Positions 1 through 9,488 of a stretch of 64,000 bases of DNA are shown piece by piece (positions within the stretch are counted from its first letter, which is position 1; each line of letters begins with the position of its first letter). Location of the stretch: positions 162,313-226,312 of the forward strand of contig JAJDCD010000008.1 in the NCBI GenBank assembly GCA_029261035.1, read 5' to 3'. The DNA comes from Candidatus Omnitrophota bacterium. GTDB taxonomy: Bacteria; Omnitrophota; Omnitrophia; Omnitrophales; JACROU01. The notes under the pieces are model-generated. The model worked only from the letters and a program-made list of their open reading frames with translations, was not told the origin of the DNA and searched no databases. Both the position numbers and the translations under genes were made by a program.

Positions 1-603
1 AATCGCAGAACCTCGATGCGTAATTAAACGGTAAAGCATATACAAAAAACTATTCCCCAACGCCACTAAAAAAGAAACTCCATACACTCCTGTCCAGCGA
101 GCTGTCTGTAACAGGCTATACATTTCAGTTTGAGAATAACCCAGCAAGTTCCACCCAAAGCCCATGATTGGGATTTCAGAACGAATCCATTCCACCAAAA
201 CCCACAAGGATGGGATGGCAATATATAAACGAACATTGCTCCAAAAACAAACCCCGCAATAATGTTTTTGAAATAATTCCCAGATCAATAAAGCAAGCAA
301 ACCATAAAACATACTTTCAAAACAAACAACAAACAACAAACCAAAAAAAGTTACATGCCGAATCCAAAAAATTGAAATTGCAAAAAAAACAAAAGCAAAT
401 ATAAAACCTGCCAGGAATGCATTTCTTCTATTCTCTATCGTTTGCAATAGAATAAAAAGTGGGACTAAAGCAATCCAGGCAACGGGCCAGAAACTCATCA
501 TTGGAAATGCAAAAGATAAAATGACACCACTCACCACTGGAAGCCAAAAACTTCTTAAAAAAGAAGAGGGTTGTTTTGAAATAGAGTTATCTGTGAAAGT
601 CAT
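1..603 (-). CDS. lnt: Apolipoprotein N-acyltransferase, N-terminal part (runs off the window); missing from the ORF track
   Basis: Manual translation from ATG at 603: MTFTDNS...SGVILSFAFP..WPVAWIALVPLF...LWVLVEWIRSEIPIMGFGWNLLGYSQ...GVYGVSFLV, the typical Lnt N-terminal membrane domain; frame is open to base 1. Confidence 0.9.
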   Translation of the reverse strand, partial: MTFTDNSISKQPSSFLRSFWLPVVSGVILSFAFPMMSFWPVAWIALVPLFILLQTIENRRNAFLAGFIFAFVFFAISIFWIRHVTFFGLLFVVCFESMFYGLLALLIWELFQKHYCGVCFWSNVRLYIAIPSLWVLVEWIRSEIPIMGFGWNLLGYSQTEMYSLLQTARWTGVYGVSFLVALGNSFLYMLYRLITHRGSAI

Positions 604-645
604 AGGATTTCCAAAAAGACAGAGCCGTCAAAAATCGGCAGCTTA

Positions 646-3231
646 CTAGCCGTGACATTTTTTATACTTTTTACCACTACCACAAGGACAAGGGTCATTT
701 CTGCCCACCTTAGGCCCTGCTTTAACTGGCGCTGGGGAACCCCCCACAGCCGCTTGAGAAGAATCTAACATTGTTGGAGCTGATTCAGCATCAGAAATAG
801 GCGATCCAATTTGAGACATACTGGAAGCCTCTGGGTGAACTGTTTTCTGAGGACTTGCCCCAAATACATTAGACATTTCTTTGCTTTGAGCAGCCTCCGC
901 TTTGAAGACGAACTCAATAGCTTCATGCTTAATGCTTTCTATCATTTCTTCAAAAAGATTAAAAGCCTCTCTAGAATATTCAACAAGAGGATCTCTCTGA
1001 CCATAAGCTCTTAAATGAATCCCTTCTTTCAAATTATCGATAGAATAAAGGTGGTCTTTCCATTTAGAATCGATCATTTGTAGCAAGATATACTTAGACA
1101 TGTACAACATAACTTCAGAACTGAGTCTTTTTTCCTTTTCATCGTAAAAAGCCTCTATCTTTTTTGTCAAAACGTCTTCAAGATCTGAAGTAGAATATTC
1201 AACTAAATCAATATCTTTAAGATCAAAATTAAACTTTGATTTAAAAACCTCTGAAAATTTATCATAATCCCAATCCTGAGGATCAATATTGTCATTAAAA
1301 TACTCTTCGATCAGCTCGCTTAAAATTTCCTCAATCATTTCAAATAAATGCTTTTTTAAATTTTCACTTTCCAAAACTGTATTTCTCTCATCATATATAA
1401 CTTCTCTCTGTTTATTCATGACATTGTCATACTCAAGTAACATTTTACGAATATCAAAGTTCCTAGCTTCAACTCTTCTCTGAGCTTTTTCTAAAGCACG
1501 AGTAACGAGCGGATGTTCAATCTCTTGACCTTCTTCCATCCCCATTTTCTGCATTAAACCCGAAATCCGATCAGAACCAAAAATACGCATCAAGGAATCT
1601 TCTAAGGAAATAAAAAATTTCGTAGACCCAGGGTCCCCCTGCCTTCCAGATCGACCTCTCAACTGATTGTCAATCCGACGGGACTCATGCCTCTCCGTTC
1701 CAATTACGTGCAACCCACCCGCTTCATGAACGCCTTCTCCTAAAACAATATCCGTTCCTCTACCAGCCATATTTGTTGAGATTGTGACATTCCCTGGCTG
1801 TCCTGCTCTAGAAATAATCTCAGCTTCTTGCTCATGATATTTAGCATTAAGAACGGAGTGAGGTAAATTTTTCCGTTTCAAAACCTGACTCAATTTTTCC
1901 GAGTTTTGAATCGAAATAGTTCCGACCAAAACAGGCTTCCCTAATTTATGCATTTCGATAATATTGTCTACAACAGCATTAAACTTCTCATGTTCTGTTC
2001 GGTAGATACAGTCAGAATAATCTTTTCTAATATTAGCTTTGTTAGTAGGAATAACAACTACTTCGAGTTTGTAAATTTTTTCAAATTCAACAGCCTCTGT
2101 AGATGCCGTTCCTGTCATTCCACTTAATTTTTTATACATACGAAAATAATTTTGGAAGGTGACAGTTGCTAAAGTTTGATTTTCTCGCTCAATACGCACA
2201 TTTTCTTTAGCTTCAAGAGCTTGGTGTAGACCATCAGAAAAACGTCGACCCGGCATAAGTCGTCCTGTGAATTCATCCACAATCACAACCTGATTCTCTT
2301 TTATCACATAATCAATATCTCTTTTGAAAAGAACATGCGCTTTTAACGCTTGATTAATGTGATGAATTAAATCGATCTGAGTATTTTCATATAAGTTTTT
2401 ATTACCAAGCAAAGACTCACAGCTTTTAACACCTTCCTCAGTCAGTGTTACCGTATTTGATTTTTCATCAATGGTGTAATCAGAATCTAGCTTAAGACTG
2501 GGTATAATTTTGTTAATCTGATAATACTTATCTGTGGATTCATCTGCAGGACCCGAAATAATCAGCGGTGTTCGAGCTTCGTCAATCAGAATAGAGTCAA
2601 CTTCGTCTACAATAGCAAAATTTTGTTTTTTCATTCTTCGGCTATTAATGTCGTATTCCATATTATCGCGCAAGAAATCAAAGCCATATTCGTTATTTGT
2701 GCCGAAAGTTATATCCGAATTATAAGCGCGCTGTCTTTCTTCAGCATCAATATCATGCTGAATCACACCAACAGTAAGCCCCAAAAACTCATAAATAGGC
2801 CCCATCCATTCCCTATCACGATTTGCTAAGTAGTCATTTACTGTGACCACATGAACCCCTTTACCCTCTAATGCGTTAAGATAAACAGGACATGTTGCTA
2901 CTAGGGTTTTACCTTCCCCTGTAGACATCTCAGTAACACGTCCTTGATGCAAAAACACCCCGCCCAAAAGCTGCACATCAAAATGACGCATATTAAGTAA
3001 CCTACGTGAAACTTCACGAACAACGGCAAATGATTCCACAATCAAATCATCCAAGGTCTCCCCAGCTTTTAATCGTTTTCTAAATTCATCCGTCTTTGCC
3101 TTTAAAGCATCATCACTTAAAGCTTTAATTTCAGGCTCCAGCTGATTCATTTTATCCACCAAAGGCTGGACTTTCTTAATCACACGATCATTCTGAGATC
3201 CAAATACTTTTTTTAATAATCCACCAATCAT
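646..3231 (-). CDS. secA: Preprotein translocase ATPase SecA
   Basis: [47 protein letters not shown]-terminal SEC-C motif [14 protein letters not shown]. Confidence 0.99.
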   Translation of the reverse strand: MIGGLLKKVFGSQNDRVIKKVQPLVDKMNQLEPEIKALSDDALKAKTDEFRKRLKAGETLDDLIVESFAVVREVSRRLLNMRHFDVQLLGGVFLHQGRVTEMSTGEGKTLVATCPVYLNALEGKGVHVVTVNDYLANRDREWMGPIYEFLGLTVGVIQHDIDAEERQRAYNSDITFGTNNEYGFDFLRDNMEYDINSRRMKKQNFAIVDEVDSILIDEARTPLIISGPADESTDKYYQINKIIPSLKLDSDYTIDEKSNTVTLTEEGVKSCESLLGNKNLYENTQIDLIHHINQALKAHVLFKRDIDYVIKENQVVIVDEFTGRLMPGRRFSDGLHQALEAKENVRIERENQTLATVTFQNYFRMYKKLSGMTGTASTEAVEFEKIYKLEVVVIPTNKANIRKDYSDCIYRTEHEKFNAVVDNIIEMHKLGKPVLVGTISIQNSEKLSQVLKRKNLPHSVLNAKYHEQEAEIISRAGQPGNVTISTNMAGRGTDIVLGEGVHEAGGLHVIGTERHESRRIDNQLRGRSGRQGDPGSTKFFISLEDSLMRIFGSDRISGLMQKMGMEEGQEIEHPLVTRALEKAQRRVEARNFDIRKMLLEYDNVMNKQREVIYDERNTVLESENLKKHLFEMIEEILSELIEEYFNDNIDPQDWDYDKFSEVFKSKFNFDLKDIDLVEYSTSDLEDVLTKKIEAFYDEKEKRLSSEVMLYMSKYILLQMIDSKWKDHLYSIDNLKEGIHLRAYGQRDPLVEYSREAFNLFEEMIESIKHEAIEFVFKAEAAQSKEMSNVFGASPQKTVHPEASSMSQIGSPISDAESAPTMLDSSQAAVGGSPAPVKAGPKVGRNDPCPCGSGKKYKKCHG

Positions 3232-3244
3232 TATAAAGCCACCT

Positions 3245-4355
3245 TTATTTTCTCATTCGACTTTTTAAAAATGCTTCAATAAATAAATCAATATCTCCAT
3301 CCATAACACGAGTCACATCCGAAGTTTCGGATTGAGTCCTATGGTCCTTAACTAAAGAGTAAGGTTGAAAAACATAGGATCTAATCTGCGACCCCCACGA
3401 TATTTCCATTTTCTCACTATACTTCTCTTGAGTTCGAGCATTGTCCTCTTTACGCTTAACTTCATACAAGCGCGCTTTAAGAACCTTTAAAGCAGATTGC
3501 TTATTTTTAAACTGAGAGCGTTCATTTTGACACTGAACAACAACCCCTGACTCAATATGAGTAATTCTTACAGCACTGGAAGTTTTATTGACATGCTGAC
3601 CACCAGCACCCCCTGCTCGATAAGTATCAATACGAATATCAGCTTCCTTAATTTCAATCTCTGTTAAATCTCGCACATCTGCAACAACATCGACAGAAGC
3701 AAAAGAAGTATGCCTTCTTTTATTACTATCAAAAGGAGAGATTCTAACCAAACGATGAACACCAGCCTCTGCTTTTAAATACCCATAACCAAAAGTTCCA
3801 CGAATAAAAAAAGTGATATTTTTTATCCCAGCCTCTTCACCATTTAACTGATCAAAAACCTCTAATTTAAATCCCTTCCGTTCAGCCCATCGAGAATACA
3901 GACGAAATAACATCTGGACCCAATCACAAGACTCTGTACCTCCTGCTCCTGCATTAATACTCATCAAAGCATCACACACATCCACAGGATCTGAAAGCAA
4001 TAGCTTAAACTCTAAAGAATCAACTTCCTTTTCTAGGTTTTTAATTTCGTCTGCAAACTCATTCAAAGACTGAGCATCATCATCAGAAACCAAGGACATC
4101 AGCTCAAACAAATCTTTTAATTGTTTTTCTGCTTTCTCAAAAGGGTCAACCAAAGATTTTAAAATCTTCATCTGAGAAACAACTTCTTGAGCCGACTTAC
4201 TGTCATCCCAAAAATTAGGCTCGGCAATTTTACTATTCAACAACTCTATCTGCTTCTGCTTATCTCCAAGGTCAAAGACACCCCCTAAGTTCAGATAACG
4301 TTTTCTGAACTTTCTCTAATCGCTCATTAAGTTCTTCTGGATTCTGAGGATCCAT
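3245..4355 (-). CDS. prfB: Peptide chain release factor 2, expressed via a programmed +1 frameshift
   Basis: SPF and GGQ motifs. The true start is ATG 4355 (GGAGG RBS): 27 codons [27 protein letters not shown], then CTT TGA C; the +1 frame continues [23 protein letters not shown]. Confidence 0.97.
4271..4283 (-). promoter_or_regulatory. RF2 autoregulatory +1 frameshift site (CTT-TGA-C, with the internal SD-like AGGGGG immediately 5')
   Basis: Minus strand reads AGG GGG TGT CTT TGA C; TGA occupies 4274-4272. Confidence 0.95.
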
Positions 4356-4386
4356 AAGGCTAACCTCCAAGTTGCTTTTAAAATTG

Positions 4387-5802
4387 TTACCCTAGCTCTT
4401 TTTTAATCTTACGCGCTAAACCATCTGATATACCCACAATTGAGCTTATTTCCTCAACCGAAGCTTTCTCTATTTTTTTGACAGACCCAAAATAATTTAA
4501 AAGAACTTTCTTACGAGTTTCTCCAACACCTTCAATTTTGTCCAAAACAGAGTCCGTCACCTTATTATCGCGTAATTTCCGATGATACTCTATAGCAAAT
4601 CGATGAGATTCATCCCTTACCTTCTGAAGCATATGTAACACAGGAGAATCTTTAGCTATATTTAAAGGCTTCGTAGAACCGACAGTGTAAATCTGTTCAA
4701 AGCGTTTTGCAATAGAAATTAAAGAAATTCCATCAAAACCCTCTTCTTGGAGCACTTTATAAACAGCATTCAAATGCCCCTTCCCACCATCAATTAGAAT
4801 AATATCAGGATCTAGCTCTTCCTTACTTTCTTTAAGGCGTCTCAGCATTCTACGAACCGCTTCTTGCATCATTGCATAATCGTTAATTTGCAGAACTGCT
4901 TTGATTTTATATCTTCTATAATCAAATTTATCCGGCATCTCACGATAAAAACTCACTTTAGATGCCACAGACTCACTTCCAAAAGTATTAGATACGTCAA
5001 AACAGACAATTCTTTCTGGATATTTATTTAACTTTAAAATTTTCCTTAATTCTGATGTTGCCGACAATGTCACTGACTTTTCTGGTTTTTTTATATGGAA
5101 TCGCTTTTTCTTTAAGTGGACCAAAGCCTGTATTTGCTCTTTATAAATTTGAGCTTCTTCAAAACAAAGCTCCTTTGCCGACGATTCCATTCTAAGTTGA
5201 AGGTATTCCACCAAGTTTCTTTTTCCCCCACCTAAAAAATCAGAAACCTCATCCATTAGTTCTTTATATTCTTTTTTAATATCTGGGAAAATACAAGGAG
5301 CTACACATTGCCCAATATGGTAATACAAACAAGCTGTTTTAGGTAAAGTCATACATTTACGAATAGGGAAAATAGTATGAATTAACCTCAAGGCTTCTCT
5401 CAGCAAACGAGCGTCGGTAAAAGGTCCATAATACTTTGATTTCTTATCTTTTTTCTGCCTCGTCATCATCAACCTTGGGAAAGTTTCATTTGTCATTTTC
5501 ACCAAAGGAAAACTCTTATCATCTTTCTGACGTGTATTATATTTGGGTTTGTGCTTGTTGATCAGTTGAGCCTCTAACAACAGAGCTTCGATTTCAGTGG
5601 GTGTTTCAATATAATCCACATCTTGAATTCGAGTCACTAAAACTTGAATTTTGGGCGAATGTCCTTCTTTGATAAAATAGGAGGACACTCTTCTTTTCAA
5701 AGAATTAGCTTTCCCTATATAAACAACCTCTCCTTCAGAGTCTTTCATCAAATAAACTCCAGGAGTCAGAGGTAATTTTTTTACTTTTTCTTTAATATCC
5801 AC
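4387..5802 (-). CDS. uvrC: Excinuclease ABC subunit C (compact, 471 aa)
   Basis: GIY-YIG (PGVYLM..YIGKA), Cys cluster, UVR motif, RNase H-like domain (CFDVSN, LIDGGKGHL, RDESHRFA), HhH C-terminus. Confidence 0.95.
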   Translation of the reverse strand: MDIKEKVKKLPLTPGVYLMKDSEGEVVYIGKANSLKRRVSSYFIKEGHSPKIQVLVTRIQDVDYIETPTEIEALLLEAQLINKHKPKYNTRQKDDKSFPLVKMTNETFPRLMMTRQKKDKKSKYYGPFTDARLLREALRLIHTIFPIRKCMTLPKTACLYYHIGQCVAPCIFPDIKKEYKELMDEVSDFLGGGKRNLVEYLQLRMESSAKELCFEEAQIYKEQIQALVHLKKKRFHIKKPEKSVTLSATSELRKILKLNKYPERIVCFDVSNTFGSESVASKVSFYREMPDKFDYRRYKIKAVLQINDYAMMQEAVRRMLRRLKESKEELDPDIILIDGGKGHLNAVYKVLQEEGFDGISLISIAKRFEQIYTVGSTKPLNIAKDSPVLHMLQKVRDESHRFAIEYHRKLRDNKVTDSVLDKIEGVGETRKKVLLNYFGSVKKIEKASVEEISSIVGISDGLARKIKKELG

Positions 5803-7343
5803 AAAAACAATCTCCTACTCTCCTCAACACGAAACAAGAAACTCAAAACCAAATAAACAATAACTCCACTCAATATAATCAACAAGAGATTAAACAGTTG
5901 ATTTAAAAAAGCAGCCTGAAAAAAAGAAAAAGCTACAATTCGATTTAATAAAACAACAACACCCCCCATCAAAACCGAAAGAAAAGCGACACGGGTTAAA
6001 TCAAAAACAATCTCTTTCACCCCAAAATCTCCCAATCGACCTCGAAGTATTATAAGAAGAAACAAAAAATGAAACAATCCTATTACCCCAGTAGAAACAG
6101 CAAGCCCTAAAGGCCCTCCCAGTTTTAAACATAAAAAATTTAACACCCCATTCAAAAAGAAACAAAACAAACCAATTTTCATAGGGGTTTTCATATCTTG
6201 AACACTATAAAAAGCAGAAACCAAAACTGGAACTGCAGAATAAAATAAAACACCACCCATATAACCCAAGAACATAGCTTGAGTCCTTAGAGTAGCTTCA
6301 TAAGTAAAAGCTCCTCTTTGGAACAAAATCTGAATAATAGGTTCTGAGAGAACCATCATCCCAACCATTGAAGGGAATACAATAAAAAAAATTCCTTTTA
6401 ATGAAATTCTTAATATTTCTTTTACTTTTTGAGAGGCTTGTGCTGCAGACAAACTTGAAAACTCGGGTAACAAGACAGTACTTAAGGCCGTAGCAAATAT
6501 ACTTAATGGAAACTGCATCAATCGAACAGAATACCAAAGACTTGAGCTTACTCCTTCTTGAGAAAAAAAACCAAAAATTAAATCCATAAAGAGATTCAAT
6601 TGCAAAACAGACATTCCAATTACTGCCGGAAATAATAACGAAGTAAAACGCTTTAAATTTTCCCCTCCCCAATTGAGCAAGGGAAACAATACATAACCTT
6701 TTCTTTTAACGGGAATCCACACACACAACATTTGAATAAGTCCAGAGAGTACTATGGAAGCACATAGCAATCGAAGAGTCTGCTCAGAAGTTTTTGATAA
6801 AAAAGAACAAACAAAGACAATCACAGAAACCCAGCAAACATTTAAAATAATAGGAGTAAAAGCAGGTATTAAAAATTGCTTCTCACTAAAAAGAATTCCC
6901 ATACTTACTGAAATTAAAAACAAAACGACTACGTATGGGGCCAAGACCTTCAAAAATATCAAAAACCAAAGCGCATCTTCCTGAAAACTAATTGTTCCTA
7001 TCAATAACTCCACGACGCAATAAAAAACTAAAAGAAAAAGAAGGCCTACAAAGAGAAATAAACTCCCTACCTGCCTAGCAAAACGTTCCGCTTCATTCCT
7101 GCCTTCCGTTTCTAACAAATCAGTAAAAATAGGCACAAAAGCACTAGTCAAAACACCTTCAGACACCAGACGACGCAAAATGTTGGGGAAAGTAAAAGCA
7201 AACACAAAAGCATCCCATATACGGGAAAGACCAAAAAAGTGCGCACTTACCACATCCCGAATAAGTCCTGTCACTCTAGAGAGAAAACTTAAAAAGGCCA
7301 CCCATCCCGTATTTTTAATTATTGCTTTGTTGGAATCAGACAT
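5781..7343 (-). CDS. murJ: Lipid II flippase MurJ
   Basis: SRVTGLIRD, FTFPNILRRLVSEG, RLMQFPL, LFQRGAF; many TM segments. Confidence 0.95.
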   Translation of the reverse strand: MSDSNKAIIKNTGWVAFLSFLSRVTGLIRDVVSAHFFGLSRIWDAFVFAFTFPNILRRLVSEGVLTSAFVPIFTDLLETEGRNEAERFARQVGSLFLFVGLLFLLVFYCVVELLIGTISFQEDALWFLIFLKVLAPYVVVLFLISVSMGILFSEKQFLIPAFTPIILNVCWVSVIVFVCSFLSKTSEQTLRLLCASIVLSGLIQMLCVWIPVKRKGYVLFPLLNWGGENLKRFTSLLFPAVIGMSVLQLNLFMDLIFGFFSQEGVSSSLWYSVRLMQFPLSIFATALSTVLLPEFSSLSAAQASQKVKEILRISLKGIFFIVFPSMVGMMVLSEPIIQILFQRGAFTYEATLRTQAMFLGYMGGVLFYSAVPVLVSAFYSVQDMKTPMKIGLFCFFLNGVLNFLCLKLGGPLGLAVSTGVIGLFHFLFLLIILRGRLGDFGVKEIVFDLTRVAFLSVLMGGVVVLLNRIVAFSFFQAAFLNQLFNLLLIILSGVIVYLVLSFLFRVEESRRLFLWILKKK

Positions 7344-7428
7344 ACTTCAAAGACCTCCAAAAAGAAGATAAATTCAATGTAAGTCAATACTATATCATAA
7401 GATAAATCCATCAACCCAAACTCTTTTA

Positions 7429-7457
7429 TTGCATTCTTCTATCAGCTATGGTAAATT
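7429..7457 (+). promoter_or_regulatory. Putative sigma70 promoter of rpsT
   Basis: TTGCAT-17 nt-TAAATT with an extended -10 TG, 70 nt upstream of the rpsT ATG. Confidence 0.55.
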
Positions 7458-7527
7458 ACGTCCTCATTTTAAGGCTAAGTCGTTAGCCAAAATACCTATT
7501 GATTAGTGTTATAAAGGAGTTTTACGA

Positions 7528-7803
7528 ATGCCAAATTCACCATCAGCAACTAAAAGATTGAGAAGCGACGCCAGAAAAAGAAGCTTTAATCAACTTGTTC
7601 TGTCAGAAATTAAAACGTTAAAGAAAAAATTAAAAGCTTCTATTGAAAGCAAAAATATAGAAGAGTCTAAAGTAACTGCAAAAACGCTTATTACTAAATT
7701 AGATAAAGGTGTCAAAAAAGGAACTCTTCCAAGAACAAAAGTGGATAGATTAAAATCCAGAATTCAAATAAGCATAAACAAGCTCACTCCTGCAAATTCT
7801 TAA
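7528..7803 (+). CDS. rpsT: 30S ribosomal protein S20
   Basis: MPNSPSATKRLR...LDKGVKKG..RLKSR; AAGGAG RBS; convergent with holA as is common. Confidence 0.95.
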   Translation: MPNSPSATKRLRSDARKRSFNQLVLSEIKTLKKKLKASIESKNIEESKVTAKTLITKLDKGVKKGTLPRTKVDRLKSRIQISINKLTPANS

Positions 7804-7816
7804 TTTCAGTTTAAAT

Positions 7817-7852
7817 AAAAAAGCCCTACACAATTAAATGTAGGGCTTTTTT
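7817..7852. terminator. Bidirectional intrinsic terminator between rpsT and holA
   Basis: AAAAAAGCCCTACA-caattaaa-TGTAGGGCTTTTTT perfect stem with A/T tracts on both sides. Confidence 0.9.
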
Positions 7853-7861
7853 GTTTTAAAA

Positions 7862-8869
7862 CTAACTCGTCCCCAACCTCAATAGCAACATTTCCACTGC
7901 CGCTTTAACAGATACTTTTCCTGTTTTAATTGCTGCATCTGTTTCAAAAAGAAGCTTAAAAGTTCTCTTTAACTTTTGTTCATTAAAGGAAGATAACTGT
8001 TGAACAAACCGGTTTAGAAAATAAGGTCTTATATTTAACTTTCGACCCAACTCATCTCTAGACCCTCCAGAAAGTAAGAATTTTTTACCTTCATATATCC
8101 GTTTCATCTGCCAATTCAAAAGACCTAAAAGCTCAGTGCTTTGATATGGATTTTCTTCGTAAAGATGAAAATAAATCTCAAACACCTCTGTGATATTTTT
8201 CTTAGACAAAGCCTCCGCTAGATCAAAACCTGTCGAATCATAAACCTGATCCCCCAAAGCTTCTACATGAGCCTCTGAAATAATTTCATCTGCGGGTACG
8301 TTTAAACTTAATTTTTCTAAAGTACTATTTAAAAATAATAAATTATCAGAACAGGTCTCTTCCAGAATTTTAGCTGCACCGGGACTCACTTTAAGATTCA
8401 AAGATCTAATTTTCTCACGAATAAATAATCGAATCTGCTCCTTTCGATTACTCCACCTCGACGAGCTTCCTTTATTCGGAGGCGCGTCCAGAACATTCGA
8501 CTCTCCTTTTACAGAATCAACAAAAGTATAAATCTTCTTTTTCCCTTTAACAATTTCTCCTTCTAAAAAAATAAAAGAAAAATGGGAAGGGTTTTTAAAA
8601 TATTTCTTCAACATCTCAAAATCCCCTTCTTTCATCAATTCTGCACCCTTGATCCAAATAATTTGTTTTTCTGAAAGGAAGGGGTATGTTAGAGCTTGCC
8701 TAAGAACAACTTCCCAATCTATGTCTTTCATGTAATAGAGGAAAACAGAGTCCTCTTCCCCTGATGAAAGAATTTGATGCTTCTTTTTCTGTAAACAGTT
8801 TTGAGTTAGATAAGGATCGCCTACGGCAAGGGTAAGTAAAGGAAGTGAGGTTGTACTTTTTTTAGTCAT
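7862..8869 (-). CDS. holA: DNA polymerase III delta subunit
   Basis: GDPYL, TYPFLSEKQII, LEKL, C-terminal D..IKTG; lptE-holA-rpsT context. Confidence 0.88.
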   Translation of the reverse strand: MTKKSTTSLPLLTLAVGDPYLTQNCLQKKKHQILSSGEEDSVFLYYMKDIDWEVVLRQALTYPFLSEKQIIWIKGAELMKEGDFEMLKKYFKNPSHFSFIFLEGEIVKGKKKIYTFVDSVKGESNVLDAPPNKGSSSRWSNRKEQIRLFIREKIRSLNLKVSPGAAKILEETCSDNLLFLNSTLEKLSLNVPADEIISEAHVEALGDQVYDSTGFDLAEALSKKNITEVFEIYFHLYEENPYQSTELLGLLNWQMKRIYEGKKFLLSGGSRDELGRKLNIRPYFLNRFVQQLSSFNEQKLKRTFKLLFETDAAIKTGKVSVKAAVEMLLLRLGTS

Positions 8870-8916
8870 AGTTAACGTTTAAAGTAGATAAGATGAGTCG
8901 ATTGAAAAGATAAACA

Positions 8917-9438
8917 CTACCAATCTTCCACAATTCGGTCAACAATATTACGAGCTAGTTTTTCAATTGCATTTCTAGCTGCTTGAGATTCACTAATAGA
9001 GTTTGGTCCAGATAAAGAGTAAATAAAGCTACCACTAAAATTAGGTTCTGTCCAAATGACCTCTTGCGTTCTCAAATCTCTTAAAGTCAATTCAACAACA
9101 ACAAATAATCGAAAACGATCAACCCGTTCTAAGTCATCATAACCAACAGCTTCTTGCTCAAAACGAAATAAACTGATATCAAGAACAGAGTCAGCTTGTT
9201 TTACATCTTTCAACCTTAAGTTCCCGTCAAAAATAACACGGTCTCGAACAGCGTTAGTGATAGATGTTTCTAACCCAGATTCATAAGTGTAAGAAGTTTT
9301 AATATTAATAGCATTAACAACAGCTGGAATTGCAATAGATGTAATTCCGTTAGGAAGATTCGCTTTTTGCGTATAACCACAACCTGAGATCAAACTAACA
9401 AATAACAAAAGACCTAAGCACTTATATAGCTTGTTCAC
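8917..9438 (-). CDS. lptE: LptE-family outer-membrane lipoprotein
   Basis: Lipobox LISG-C-GY, LptE-like size and motifs, directly upstream of holA. Confidence 0.85.
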   Translation of the reverse strand: MNKLYKCLGLLLFVSLISGCGYTQKANLPNGITSIAIPAVVNAINIKTSYTYESGLETSITNAVRDRVIFDGNLRLKDVKQADSVLDISLFRFEQEAVGYDDLERVDRFRLFVVVELTLRDLRTQEVIWTEPNFSGSFIYSLSGPNSISESQAARNAIEKLARNIVDRIVEDW

Positions 9439-9488
9439 TCAAACCTCCAAAATTAACTAAAACTTAGATTAACAAAAACTTTCAAACT

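Noticed and set aside
168-404. 78-aa plus-strand K/Q/N-rich ORF
   Set aside because: Antisense shadow of the lnt membrane-protein gene
1700-1780. SecA lacking the variable insertion after GTDI.LG
   Set aside because: Common short SecA form in many phyla
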